A stretch of 63,975 bases of DNA, filler included, from Trypethelium eluteriae (lineage: Eukaryota): NCBI GenBank assembly GCA_051942245.1. It is 5 parts of 5 records of this genome, joined end to end, with 100 filler letters (N's around TTAATTAATTAA, not from the genome) between each part and the next. Parts side by side here need not be neighbours in the genome. Positions count along the whole stretch, not along the records: positions 1 to 13,506 come from JAVECL010000733.1; 4 more parts are not named here. One strand, given 5' to 3'. The position numbers were made by a program, and so were the translations under genes. Below are positions 1 through 11,603 of this stretch, piece after piece. Within the stretch, counting starts at the first letter, position 1. The number at the start of each line of letters is the position of its first letter. Below the pieces are notes generated by a model. It searched no databases, had not been told where the DNA came from, and saw nothing but the letters and a program-made list of their open reading frames with translations.

Positions 1-1342
1 CTCGCCGACCCCGCCTCCCCCCAACCGGGACGCCGCTCTCCCTCCGCCGCCTGATCATCTCGCGCACAGGCATCATCGCCGCATCCCGACACGCCTCCTT
101 GATATCGCTGCCACTCATGCCCGCGCTCATCTTGACCAGCGCGTCCAGATCGAAGTTCTGGGCGCCGTGGCCGTCGGGGGCGAGCCGGGTGTCTTTGAGG
201 ATGAGGGCGAAGATGCGGCGGCGCTGTGGGGCGGTGGGAAGGGGCACGGCGAATTTCTTGGGCAGCCGGCGCAGGATGGCGTCGTCGATGTCTTGGGGGC
301 GGTTCGTTGCGCCTAGGATGCAGATGCGTTGGGGGGTGCCGAGGGAGTTGGTCGAGGTGAGGCCGTCCCAGTGCGTCATGAATCTAGGGAAAGAGGCGAT
401 GTGTTAGCGATCGCGGGGTAGCTTTTGGTAGAGGGGGTGAAGATGGACTGGGGAGAAGCTAGGGGAAGAGAAGATGATGAAAGAGAGGGCAAGGGGCTCT
501 GAAATACGTACTCGGCTTTGACCATGCCGCTTGCTTCGTGCTCGTTGCTCCGGCGTTGACCGAGGACCGCGTCGATCTCGTCGATGAAGACGATACTGGG
601 CTGGAGCTTGCGCGCGAGGCTGAAGACGGCACTGACGAGCTTGTTGGAGTCGCCGTACCATTTTTCGGTAAGGGTCGAGATGTGAAGGTTGATGAAGCAA
701 GCGCCGCTTTCATGAGCAAGAGCTTTGGCGAGCATGGTCTTGCCGCAACCGGGTGGACCGTAAAGAAGGACACCTGAGGGGGCCGAGAGGAGTGACGAGG
801 AAGAGGTGTAGAGATGTGGTAGGGTGAGAGGATAGATGACCGATTCTTTCAATTCTTCGATGATGTCGTCCATGCCACCGATATCTGCATTACACGAGCT
901 TGTCAGCTTCTCAGGTCGACAGAAAAGGCGTATCAGAATGCCGCACCGTCGAAACTTATAGGGATCTCATCCGGCGTAACCACCTCCATCGCTATCGTCT
1001 GTTCATACGATGAAAGCATGAGATCCTCCTTCCGCGGCCGGTCGCGAAGTCTCCCTCTTGAATGCCCGCGATATTCTCCATCCTCATCTGTTCTTTCATC
1101 ACGAGTCAGAATGCCATCTAATCTCCTCGCCGCAGCTTTAGCTTTCTGTTCTGCTTCTTGTTTAGCGCCAGCTTCCGGGTCTAGACGGGCTATTAGGCTT
1201 CGGACGATGTAGTAGGCAAGAATTGGCTGTCATTGATTTTCAGTATTCTGGCCGCGATACTGATGAATGATGGACAGACTGCAGTGGCTGCGAGGACCAA
1301 ATCTTGAATCCAGTAACCCCATTTCCGGTCCGCAGAACCCAT
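1..1342 (-). CDS. MSP1: Mitochondrial/peroxisomal outer-membrane AAA+ ATPase Msp1 (ATAD1), 3'-truncated at window edge, multi-exon
   Basis: Spliced N-terminus [32 protein letters not shown] (TM anchor), then [20 protein letters not shown]. Walker [27 protein letters not shown], Walker [17 protein letters not shown] and [18 protein letters not shown] are all present. Confidence 0.93.
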
Positions 1343-1728
1343 GTTGCGGACCGTGATATATCTGCAGAATGATAGGAGGCGAATTCAGTTCCAAGGCGTA
1401 GTGCAGTGGCGCGCCTATCCAAAGGGCCCTGCTCTTGACATATACAACAATTGCACGCAGATGATATTTCGGAAGAAGTAGGGTTCCAAGCGAAAAGCTG
1501 GCAGTAGAAGGCTTGTTTCAATGTTCAAAGGTGATCTTTGTCTGCAAGCAAAGTGTGCCACATTGTGGCTGGTGCCTCCGCAGCTCGGCCTCGATTGATG
1601 CAGAGTAAAGCTAAGGTAACAACCACGAAACATCTCACAACCTAACAAGTTCAAAACTCGTACACTACCATAGCCTTCCATCTTAAAAACTATTTCCATC
1701 TGAATCAGCTTTTAGCTCTCTTGTCAAG

Positions 1729-2938
1729 CTACTCTGATAATATCGCTTCCCACAATGGTCGATGCTTGGCATACTCGAGTCGAGGGACTGACCAGAACCA
1801 GAAAAAGAGCAGCCACGCGTGTCCGAACAGCCTCTCCCATCCATGTCCAATTCGAACTCCTAGCGCTTTCTCCAACCTCGGCTTGTTTTCAGAATATATT
1901 GGTTGTACGAGTTCCTCGACCAGTATTATCGGGGCTTGGAGAGACCACCACCACAGAGTAACCTGTCCTTCCTTCCAGTTTATCCAGTGGCTTTCCGCTG
2001 CATAGTGCATTAGGCTGGAGAGGAAAAAAACCACAAATGTGTTGGAGGTCCTATGAAGTTGTGTTTCTGTATCAATGCCTGCGACGTGTTCCAAGAGAAG
2101 GGAACCGGTCGATGTAAAGGATCTTCGGATGATTGGATGCCAGAAGTACCTACGGAGTGGAGGTTAGTCTGGTTTGACAAAGCCAGGAGACCTAGAAGGC
2201 TCCTTACCTCCAGTATCGTCGCACAGAATACGCTTCGAAGATGCTTCCAAACAACGGCGGCCATTCCTCTGGCCTGCCTCCAAGGAGAACGGCAGAGATA
2301 CTGATGCTAGTGTGGACCAAACTGAAAGTCAACCATGAAGGTATCACGTGCTGGAAAGTGATCCAAGTCCTAAACATGAACTCACGAAGGGTGACTTGGT
2401 TTATCCTCCGGAAGAAAGGTTCCTTGTCTGCCGCAAAGTCCTCTGGTCTAAACTGTGGTGCGAGCAGTGGATCGGTCCATACACAAAGCGCAAGGAACAT
2501 AACCAAGAAATTGAATGTTCGGATCTTGAGAAATCGTCTACGTGTCGTCGGTCGTTCTACCTGGAACCCTAGGACTCTCTCTGGCGGGATGTAACTGATT
2601 TGCCAGGGTGTGCCGATCCCACGATAATTCCAGAAGATCGCCCAAGCATGCAAAACCCTCTGGTGATACGGCAATTGCTCGGGGATAACAAGGTTCGCAC
2701 GGTCAAGACGATACAGGAAGCCCATGAAGAGCGTCTGCTGGATTGATAGGAGCGTCCACCACCAGTTGTAGAACATGTCCGGCGTGAAATTCTTGGCATT
2801 GGCCACAGCGATCGCGTTGCTTGTTGCAATGACTGTCCACAAGATAACGCGAGTCGAGAAGGGACGATAACTGGTCAAAGACAGAATTCCGACCACGTAG
2901 GCAATTGACGAGGCGTAGAAGGTAATTGGGAGCGCCAT
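1729..2938 (-). CDS. Membrane-bound O-acyltransferase (MBOAT_2 / Tri7-like), 2 exons (2938-2208, 2149-1729)
   Basis: Hydrophobic protein with WNYRGIGTPWQ and EEWPPLFGSIFEAYSVRRYWR|YFWH, plus FFLSSLMH (catalytic His motif). A GT-AG intron with a CTAAC branch site joins the two ORFs in frame. Confidence 0.85.
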
Positions 2939-3559
2939 GATGCAGCGCAACGTCGGCAAAGTTTAGGAGGGAAGTACCGCAGCAACCGCAAAACTGCAGT
3001 CTGGTCACAAGAAGCATGCACTCGGAGATCTGGTGGCTCGCAATCTCGATGCCATGGAATTAGACCGGGAATGTGGGGCACGAAGGCGTTTCGTCCGGTT
3101 TTCTTTGAATCACCAGTTCTTTCCACAAAGAACAAGGACTGATAACACACGTGCACCTGTCGTCCTGTCCTCCCACGCTACCTGACCTTTGTGCCGACTG
3201 TGTCAAGCCCAGCCCGAGCCCACATCTAAGATGATGGCTTCGCATCTCTCTCCTTATCTGCGACTTCACATCAAAGACTGAGGTAATCTGCCTTGTCAAA
3301 GGCTGTTCATCGTCATTTCGACGCTTCTTCCTACTCAGCAGTGCTTATGGGGAATGCTGGCCTTTTTTTTCTTTGTTTGAATGCCAGTGTGCCCACGTGC
3401 TTTCTATACTTGCACTCATTGACTCTCCCGGTATTTAAACATGTCAACATCTATCATCATCATCACCATCACCACGATCTCTTCCTTATTGAAGCGCATC
3501 AAAAGATATTAGCCTTGACCAATTTTACCTCTCGCTTTTTGTCGTCTACACGCGCCAAC

Positions 3560-3846
3560 ATGAAGCTTTCTCAGGTCTTCCTTTTCTCCATCACCTCTAG
3601 CGCTCTGGTCAGCGCCTTCTGTCCTGGTCCAGTTCTCAGCAGTTAGTGGATTCTTGCAATGGCGCCGCAAATGATCTGGCTAACCTTAAGACAGGCGAAT
3701 GCGGTAGCCATACTACAGGCTGTACCACCAACTCCCGGCGATCTACGTTACCTTTCTCGGGCTTCATGAGCTTGCTTGCACGTGACAATGTCGAGTACCA
3801 ACACTCCAGGAACTTCACTGTCGAGACGCCGCCCGCATCATCCTAA
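3560..3846 (+). CDS. Small secreted Cys-containing protein (~77 aa), one intron
   Basis: Signal-peptide-like MKLSQVFLFSITSSALVSA. The intron GTTAGT...GCTAAC...ACAG gives in-frame FCPGPVLSSECGSHTTGCTTNSRRSTLPFSGFMSLLARDNVEYQHSRNFTVETPPASS. A TATA-like TATTTAAA lies ~125 bp upstream. Confidence 0.6.
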
Positions 3847-4134
3847 TTGATACTATTGTATGGCAACGTTCCTACTAGACAACAAGTGAGATCTATTCGG
3901 AGATGTAAGACTGTACTATATCCATTCCAGTGCTGTGTTAGGCAGTAATGGTCAACTAATCTATTTCTACTACATGTTGCATATAGATTGGTCAACCAAA
4001 ATGCAGAAGCTGTAGGAGGCTTTTATTTTCCCACATGCTCTTATTTGATTCTAAGTAGAACGCTTTCGTTGCCAAGCCAGTATAAGTCGATATTGACGCG
4101 ACACTGACATGCCTGATGCCGTCTCTAAGACGCG

Positions 4135-4500
4135 TTGTCCTCTCTGTTGTCTAGGTACGATGGTGTTGTGAGGGACTCTCCACCACAACCCTTTCTTACT
4201 GGCATTTCTCCCCCCATAGAACGAGCGATAGTCTTACTCATTGCCATCACGTCTCTCAGAGCTCTAGGAATTCCTATTCATCGCCTGCCACTCAAGATTC
4301 AGGACATAATTCTCTCTCATGTCTCTCCTAGTCTCCTTGAAGGAGCCAGACTGGGTTGCGTGCTGGACCTTAGTTTTCTCTCTCCTGAAAGGACGGGTAC
4401 AGGTGGACGGAGCGGGTGAAAGGACATCGGAATAAGTATAAAGGTTCTCTAGTCCAGTCAGATATCTGGTTTGGACGGTCGTTTACTGGTCTCGTATACA
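4135..4500 (+). pseudogene. Probable degraded remnant of a fungal hypothetical-protein gene
   Basis: Protein-like fragments LPLKIQDIILSHVSPSLLEGARLGCVLDL and SDIWFGRSFTGLVY are separated by a stop and have no credible start. Resemblance to a fungal family is from memory only. Confidence 0.3.
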
Positions 4501-5003
4501 ATGATTTTCCGGTTGTGTCTCTTGATGCACGCCAGATCGGCTGAGGCTAACCCTACTCTAGACTCAAAGTCAAGGTGAAACCAATACTTTCAAGTAATAC
4601 AGAGGTCATCTCCTCAAAGTTCCAGAGCAAGCTACCAACACTTACGAAGTAGAAACACCGCCTTCTGAGCTGATAGAGAAGTCCTCGACTGATCCAAAGC
4701 CAAAGCTTGTCTGGACTGCATATTTACATTAGGTTCGTTGCATTCGAGTCGTTATTGTTCTCATTTCCAACGATGAGAAATACTCAAATACCGCCATTAC
4801 ACAAGAGAGATGTAGCGTCAACGATAGAATTGGTAGATATACCGCGCCAGACTCAGGGATGCTTGAGGATAGGCTTACGCTTTTACATATATGTTATAAG
4901 ACCCATGTTGGGCTGGAGTCACACGGTTTCTAGGGAGGGCAGGAAAACAAAGTGAGGATCTCTCATTTTTTGCTAGTATTCTCGCCAAATCCTATTCTAC
5001 AGC

Positions 5004-6038
5004 TCAAGCAGCCCACCTCATCGTTCTCTTAATCTTTGCCACCGGCTGCAGTGGCTGCGGCTGCGTGAGACTAAGCGTACCGTCCTCGTACACAAGCTTC
5101 CGGACCTTGGTGTTACGGAGATTATCCTGATGAGTCAAAGAGGCATCGGCATAATACAGCAGCCAGTCATCCTTGAATTTGGTGATGGATTCGTGTGTAG
5201 TCCAACCGGCCACCGGCTGAAGGAGAGTACTATTCCACACAAACGGGCCCTGGGGACTGGTTCCAACCGCAACCTCGATGGTGTGGCTATCGCCCGTAGA
5301 GTATTGATAGTAGTACAGGTCGCCAATCTTGTTTATTGAGGAGGCCTCGAAAAAGCGGCGCGTACTGTTGGCCTGCATTTGCTGGCCGTCCTGATCGATG
5401 AACACGAGCTCTTGCACTTCTCCATCGAACGACTTCAAATCCTCGCTGAGCTTGGCATAACGTGGACCGAGCGCATTGCCTGTCGTTGGCGCGTTTGGAC
5501 CGAGTTGCGAGGAGTCGTACGTGTTATTGGTCCAGGCCTGCAACTGTCCGCCCCACAAGCCGCCAAAGTAGATATAGTAAGAGCCATCATCGTCCGCTAG
5601 AACGGCAGGATCAATGCTATAACTACCTTCGATGTAATCGGGTTCAGCCTTAAACGTGCCGTCTGGTGTGTCAGACAAAGCGACGCCGATTCTGAACAAG
5701 CCATCTTCAGACTTATCCTTGGCAGGGAAGAACAAATAGTACTGGCCGTCCTTTTCAGCGACATCAGGCGCCCAAAGCTGCTTTTGTGCCCATGGGACGT
5801 CGGGTAGGTCGAGAATTTTATTGCCGACAGTGGCCGGCTGTGAAATATCGGTCTGGGTAAGGACGTAATAGTCCTTCATATCGTACTGGGAACCGACATC
5901 ATCAGATGCAGTGGTGCTATTGTAGTCATGGGAGCCATAGATAAAGACTGTATCTGGGTCGAACTTGAATACATGAGCAGCCGGATCTGCTTGATGGAAA
6001 ATATTGATGACCGGGGGGTCATAGAATCCGACCGACAT
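5004..6038 (-). CDS. Glycoside hydrolase family 43 (subfamily 1-like) beta-xylosidase/arabinofuranosidase, intronless
   Basis: ADPAAHVF (base Asp), QYDMKDY, QLWAPDV, SIDPAV (pKa-modulating Asp), YFGGLWGGQLQ, RRFFEA (acid Glu), YSTGDSH, GWTTH. Confidence 0.93.
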   Translation of the reverse strand: MSVGFYDPPVINIFHQADPAAHVFKFDPDTVFIYGSHDYNSTTASDDVGSQYDMKDYYVLTQTDISQPATVGNKILDLPDVPWAQKQLWAPDVAEKDGQYYLFFPAKDKSEDGLFRIGVALSDTPDGTFKAEPDYIEGSYSIDPAVLADDDGSYYIYFGGLWGGQLQAWTNNTYDSSQLGPNAPTTGNALGPRYAKLSEDLKSFDGEVQELVFIDQDGQQMQANSTRRFFEASSINKIGDLYYYQYSTGDSHTIEVAVGTSPQGPFVWNSTLLQPVAGWTTHESITKFKDDWLLYYADASLTHQDNLRNTKVRKLVYEDGTLSLTQPQPLQPVAKIKRTMRWAA

Positions 6039-6239
6039 AGCAATTAGAAGAGGAGGTGTATGAAATGTAGCCGGTAATTTGGAGACTTAAACACAGGGAA
6101 AGTCTTAAAAAGAAATATATGAAGTGATTGTAGGTCCGTGAAGCACATGAACCAGCATTCTCTTCATCAATTTATATCACCCTGATGGCCACGAACAGAA
6201 GCATGGAGAGCAAAAAAAACCTATAGCATCCATGACTTA

Positions 6240-6455
6240 GGCTAATGTCGACATTGAACGGACATAAGGAGAGCTGGTAAATACATCTTGGCAATCCTTC
6301 GCTACGAAAGTTGGTCCGGTCTGAGCGCTGGGTGCTGAGTGAAATGAAAGCCACTCTCAAGGGAGTCTATGGGTCCAGAACGATAATCCAACGCCAGTCA
6401 GCTCACGTGATGAGCATCACCAGCTATGCCAAGCTATGCCAAGCTCTGCCTAGCC
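6240..6455. promoter_or_regulatory. Candidate XlnR (GGCTAR) and tandem PacC (GCCAAG) sites upstream of the GH43 gene
   Basis: GGCTAA at 6240-6245 and CTAGCC (=GGCTAG) at 6450-6455. GCCAAG at 6428-6433 and 6438-6443 lies within a 10-bp tandem repeat. All are 200-420 bp upstream of the GH43 ATG. Motifs this short also occur by chance. Confidence 0.35.
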
Positions 6456-6991
6456 AAATAAAGCAAGATCCAGGATAATGGTCTAGGGAAACGTCGTCTG
6501 GAATCTCCGGGTAAACATCATTCTACTTCAGCCGCTCAAGGACCAGCCGCATCCCCTTGTCCTTCCTATCCACGAAAATCTATCATCCGCAGACCCAACC
6601 TAATAGGCGAAGCCAATACCTGCACTGTGTTCCTTTGAGAGCTGGGGGTATGGTATTTCGTGAACGGGTACCATCTATCTCGCGAACCTAAATGTCAAAT
6701 GCCACGTTTTTCAGGGGGTAATTACTGCAGGGTCTTCGGAGGTTAGCGTTGATCCATGATATTCTGTTCCTCTTCAAGGAGAGTGATACCAGCACAAAGA
6801 GCCCAAAAACTTAGAAGTCTAAGTCATTGGCTACTGCTGGTACAATGTTTTCGTGACATCCTCTTCGTGTGAAGAATTAGTGTCTGATTTTGACATACTG
6901 GACAACAGCAGGTAATCTGCGTATTCGCCGCGTCTTGCACTCTCAATTCTGGTCTTCGTTACAACTAGCGTACGCATGAGAATTACTGTAA

Positions 6992-9052
6992 GTGACCGTA
7001 CAGTATTGGCAAAGCAAATGGCGAGATTTGCTGAGACTAGATGATATAATCCATGAGACAAGGGTCGTGATCTGGACAAAATCGGACGCTAATATTCAAG
7101 CATTGAGAGCCATCAGTGGATACCTATCGGCGCGGCTCCAGTTTACTCCGAGCTCCGTCAACCTTGACGCAAGCGGAACTGTGACAATTCACAACCGCAT
7201 ACTCTACACGCAACACTTTCAATCAGGAACCACCTTTTAATGCAAATTGGCTCTTTGCGTAAGTTAAGCCATCGACACAAAATGACGACCTAGGAAACGA
7301 GCCTATAATAGCCACGGATACCGAATATATTGACGCTTATGGATGATTATCTATGTGGAAATTGTTCGCGTGCAAGCCTACCCGGAAAGCTCCCTTCCTG
7401 CTATCTCATGTGAAGCATCAGTATACGTGGGCAGTCGTGTAGGAATACCTTCTGTGACCAACATACGTGATTCCCTTTCCTTGGCAGGCCCATCCATAGA
7501 GGTTTGACGCAGCCGCTTAGCATCGGCTCCATTATGAACTTCATTTTACTTCAAGTTCGTATACTGTAACTGCGAATACCGCAAATCTACATCTGGATCT
7601 TTATCCATTGGATACTGGCCATTATCAAGAGAAGCTGCCCTGATGCGAGACTTTCGTGGAAAGCGATGACGGCTTTTGAAACAGGAGGGAAACGCCGTTA
7701 TCCCTGCTACGGTTTACAGTGACAGCACGAGAGCGATCGCCCGACCTGAGGAAATCGTCGGAGATATCTCTGGACAATCCCATCCACTAAGCCAATATTC
7801 GTCATTGGAAAAGCCCGATCAGACTTGTGAAGAGTGGGTTGACTGTTTAACTTCAGCTGATGCGAGCGGCACCCAACACCAGTTGCAACTTTCTATGATG
7901 GCTCGTTCTCGCCCTCATTCTTTGCAACATATGGACCTGGTAGAATAGCTTAAGTAAGATATATCCCGCCTTTCCTCGAAGTACCTTTACATGATTAAGA
8001 CTTTTCCTTCCTATTCGCAGTTTCCACGCTAGCCATCGACAGAACCCATATTAGATGAGCCGTGAGCGCAGATTTGCCTTTCTTGGATGTATGAACCTTG
8101 ACAGTATCGTTTTGAAAGCTTGCGTTTAGGTTAGTAGAAGATACTGATCAGTCTCAGGACATTATTGCCGGCAGCCTGGGACCCTGAAGGTGGACTCTAT
8201 CATCCTCTTCGTACAATCTGTGCGAAGATATGGTTGTCATTGATTTCGTGAAATAAATCCTGCATTGTTGCTGCAGAGCGGTTGGCGTCCTCTCCGGTAC
8301 ATGCCGATGGGAAGTCAGTCTCAGAAAACAGAGTACTCATTACCGACATTTTCTTAAGTTTTTTAATCGTTGCAATTATGAATGGCTATGGGTCGATTTG
8401 ATTGCGATTGCGATGCCGAGGTTTCTTGAGGATATGAACTGGAACGAGAGGCAGCATATCCAAGGAGTCCAGACAGCGATGATCAACCAGCTCCGAGACT
8501 TGGTGCATCGGGCCGATGAGGTCGTTGTGCTAGACACACTGCTGTTGCGCCTAGAGACAGCTAGTCCTATCGATGTCAGCATCTGTCTCGTCCTTGGACT
8601 GTGGACCACGCGTCTGTGGGACATTTACGGAGGTGCAAATGGCTCGGAAGGTGACGCTCAGAACCAAAGATGCCGAATCCGATTTGGACAAGATTGTTGA
8701 CTACCTTGACCAAATGATCAACAATGACGGAAATCGGTACCTGCGTCTCCACACGAGAGTAGCGAGACTTCGAAAAGACACATCAGGCGATTGTACCCAT
8801 ATAGGCTCCCCTCTCAGGCCAGAATCGCAAAAATCGAATTGGCTGGCCGAAGCCTTCCATGGAACTGAGAATCGATCGGCGGGCGATGCTGTTGATGATG
8901 CAAGAGCTCTCTTCTCCATTCTGGATATGAAATGGGATAACCACTGGAACATGCTGGAAGGCTTCGACCATATTGCTGAAGCATTTCCGAGTGTTAAAGA
9001 TATTCTTGGCGAGTATTGTCAATATCGGAAAATCGACTGGCCAATAACATGA
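6992..9052 (+). pseudogene. Degraded HET-domain (heterokaryon incompatibility-like) gene
   Basis: SPVHADG (cf. SHVWADG), YEWLWVD, INQLRDLVHRADEVVVLDTLL, then WTTRLW|TFTEVQMARKV (cf. WxxRLWTLQE). A frameshift at ~8618 joins ORFs 8398-8700 and 8573-9052. Further stops and frameshifts lie upstream and the 5' boundary is uncertain. Confidence 0.65.
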
Positions 9053-9467
9053 AGTAAGTAGTGTCCATTCGAGGCACAAGCTGTAGTCCTGCGCTTGTAG
9101 TGGAACGGTACGACTAGCGATAGCCAAGGAAAGTATGAGCATCTCTCTTTCAGTTGTCGCAATGTCACTTGTCGATCCAGCGGGTGGCCCTAAGGAGTGT
9201 AAAGCCAAAGACCGTGAGGAGGCCCAATCAGTGCATTATCTACGTAACTCTTTTACTTCCTTGCCGTACTTGGCTTAGCTGACTTTCTTGTAATGCGGGG
9301 GAGCTCTCCACGGCTAAGATTCGAATACAAAGATGATAAACACGATACTGACCATTACGAGTCGAAAGTGGTTCAGTCTTTGATTACTTGTCACTGCGTA
9401 AGATATTTTCCCCGCATACGGCTTTCGGTTCAGCACTTTTCGAAAGCGATATTCCCACCACGCCATC

Positions 9468-10733
9468 ATGTTACAGATCTATTGCAGCGGCCCGCCTTAC
9501 GAAGTTAGTAGAGCCCTAAAACTCGTAGTAGGTATCGGCACAATTCAATTTCACCGTGTAACTAATCCCATACAAATTTATTCAGATAGGCTATAGCCAT
9601 GGCCTGGCTGCCTCATCTCAGGTAGTCTCTGGCCTTAGCTTCTACGCCTCCCTCTTTCAACATCAATGCCACATGAACTGGTCCGAGGTCTGCGATGTCG
9701 CAGTCAAGTTTCTCCCGTTCCTCGAATCCAAGCACCATGACCTCGTCGAAGAAATGCGAGGTGAATTCACCCCCAAATCTCCTCTTTTCTAGTTCCATAT
9801 CTGTCTTTCGTAGTCTGCTCCTCGCTGCTTCTCTTCCTCGACTGAGCTATCGAATACACAGGCGTGGCAGATGGGGCCGGCGTCCCGTTCGCGTCCATTC
9901 TCGCTATGAACGTGCGCACCGAGATCGCATACGGCATGTTCCAATCCGACGGGTGCACGTCCTTGGCCTGGCGCAGCTCCGACAACACTAGCTCTTTTCT
10001 CGCCCAGAATTGGGACTGGCAACACGAGCAGAAGAGTAATTTGATCTCGCTCCGTATCCGTCAGCAGAATCTTGATGAGGAGAGAAGGGAGCAAGAGTTG
10101 CCTGTGATTCATATGATTACCGAGGCTGGAATAATTGGAAAGATTGGGATGAATTCCGCAGGAGTCGGAGTGTGCTTGAACGCTATTAGGGCAAGGGGAG
10201 TGAAGTTTAATGCGTTGCCGTGTCATCTTGCGCTGAGAAGGTGCATGGAGGCGAAATCAAGGGATGCTGCAATTGAGTTGTTGGAGCACCATGGTGTTGC
10301 ATCTGCATGTCATATCTTGGTTGCAGATGCTGAGAAAGAAGGCATGGGGCTGGAGTGCAGTGCACACGACATTGTGAAGCTGATTGCAGAAGAGGGAGTT
10401 GTGACCCATACGAATCATTACATCCTGCCGCACGATCGCGATGTAGAGGAGCATGGGACATGGAAGGATTCACCACTAAGATTGAAACGTATAAATGAGA
10501 TGATTGGACTTAGGAAGGGAGCTGAGCAAGTACCGTCGACGGAGGACATCAGGGCGATGTTGAGGGATGAACAAGGGTACCCGACGAGTATTAACCGACA
10601 CGAGACGCCGACAAGTACAGTCGCAACTTTATTCACGATCGTGATGGATCTGAAGGAGGGAAATGCAACGGTTACTTTAGGCCGGCCAACATCGATCGAA
10701 GAGACCGTGGAATTGGAGCCGGGAAAGGCGTGA
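9468..10733 (+). CDS. Peptidase C45 family Ntn-hydrolase, isopenicillin-N acyltransferase-like (IAL/AatB-like), 360 aa, exons 9468-9503, 9586-9760, 9862-10733
   Basis: MLQIYCSGPPYE|IGYSHG, NVRTEIAYG, DG/CT autoprocessing site (G101-C102), AQNWDW, ITEAGIIGKIGMNSAGV, HTNH, TLFTIVMD, LGRP. Confidence 0.92.
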
Positions 10734-10896
10734 GAATATCCGACGGTAAGGGTTTTAAACGAAGCTGGCTGTATCTGTACATATGTAGTGTTTGAAGTCA
10801 CCGCAGGATTAACGGAGCTCTAATCGTGCCTTCAGCGCCTTTTCATGTTCTAGGAATTGTAGACCCCCGTGATTCCTGTATGCTCTGGACTAGGCC

Positions 10897-11301
10897 TCAG
10901 TGCTTCTGTTTATTGTCCTCTGCCTCTGCATTCTTTAAGAACTCTCTGAGAGATATTGTCAGTGTCACTTCTCCTATTGACCTCCTATTGACGCACTGTA
11001 TGAAGTTTTCCTCGTCTTTACTCGTAGCGTTGATGGGTGGGCTCTGTTCTGAAGGCTTCTTGCTGCCACTGCCTGCGTAGAATCCACCTGCAAAAAGGGT
11101 GCCGAGGACACCCATGGCGAGCTAAGAACCCCATCAGCATTGCGAGATTGATACCACATAGCTGCACTGCTGAGAAAGCCAGGACCAGTGCAGCGCAAGA
11201 ATCTCTGGTTTCAACAGCCTGAGCTTCGGGGAAGCAAGGGAGTGAGTACTTACGACGTGAGAGCCGACCTGCCGGCCAAAGACTGTATACATAGCAACCA
11301 T
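10897..11301 (-). CDS. ATP19: Mitochondrial ATP synthase subunit k, 3 exons
   Basis: Spliced product MVAMYTVFGRQVGSHV|LAMGVLGTLFAGGFYAGSGSKKPSEQSPPINATSKDEENFIQ|EFLKNAEAEDNKQKH matches the subunit K pattern (GRQVGSHxLAM, PPINAxSxDEExFI). Confidence 0.9.
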
Positions 11302-11603
11302 TGTGGGCCTACGGTTACTGACGATCACGTTCCAAGATCAATTGAGCGGGATTGGGAGGAATGAAAGCTGTGGGTGAAAGGTCGATTGAGAGGCACGACA
11401 GGTCAGTGTTCGGAGGTTGAAGCTAGCGAGTTGTGCAGTTTTGCCCGCTGTCACCCACCACTTTGGTGACGTCCAAGCTACGCACCCCATCTCTTAATGC
11501 CATACCACAATCACGACATTACCTAAGAAGATACTTCGCGTCCCATCTCGTGCTTAGGGGTACCAGATAGTTGTGCAGACCTGTACACAAGCGTTTCACG
11601 AAT

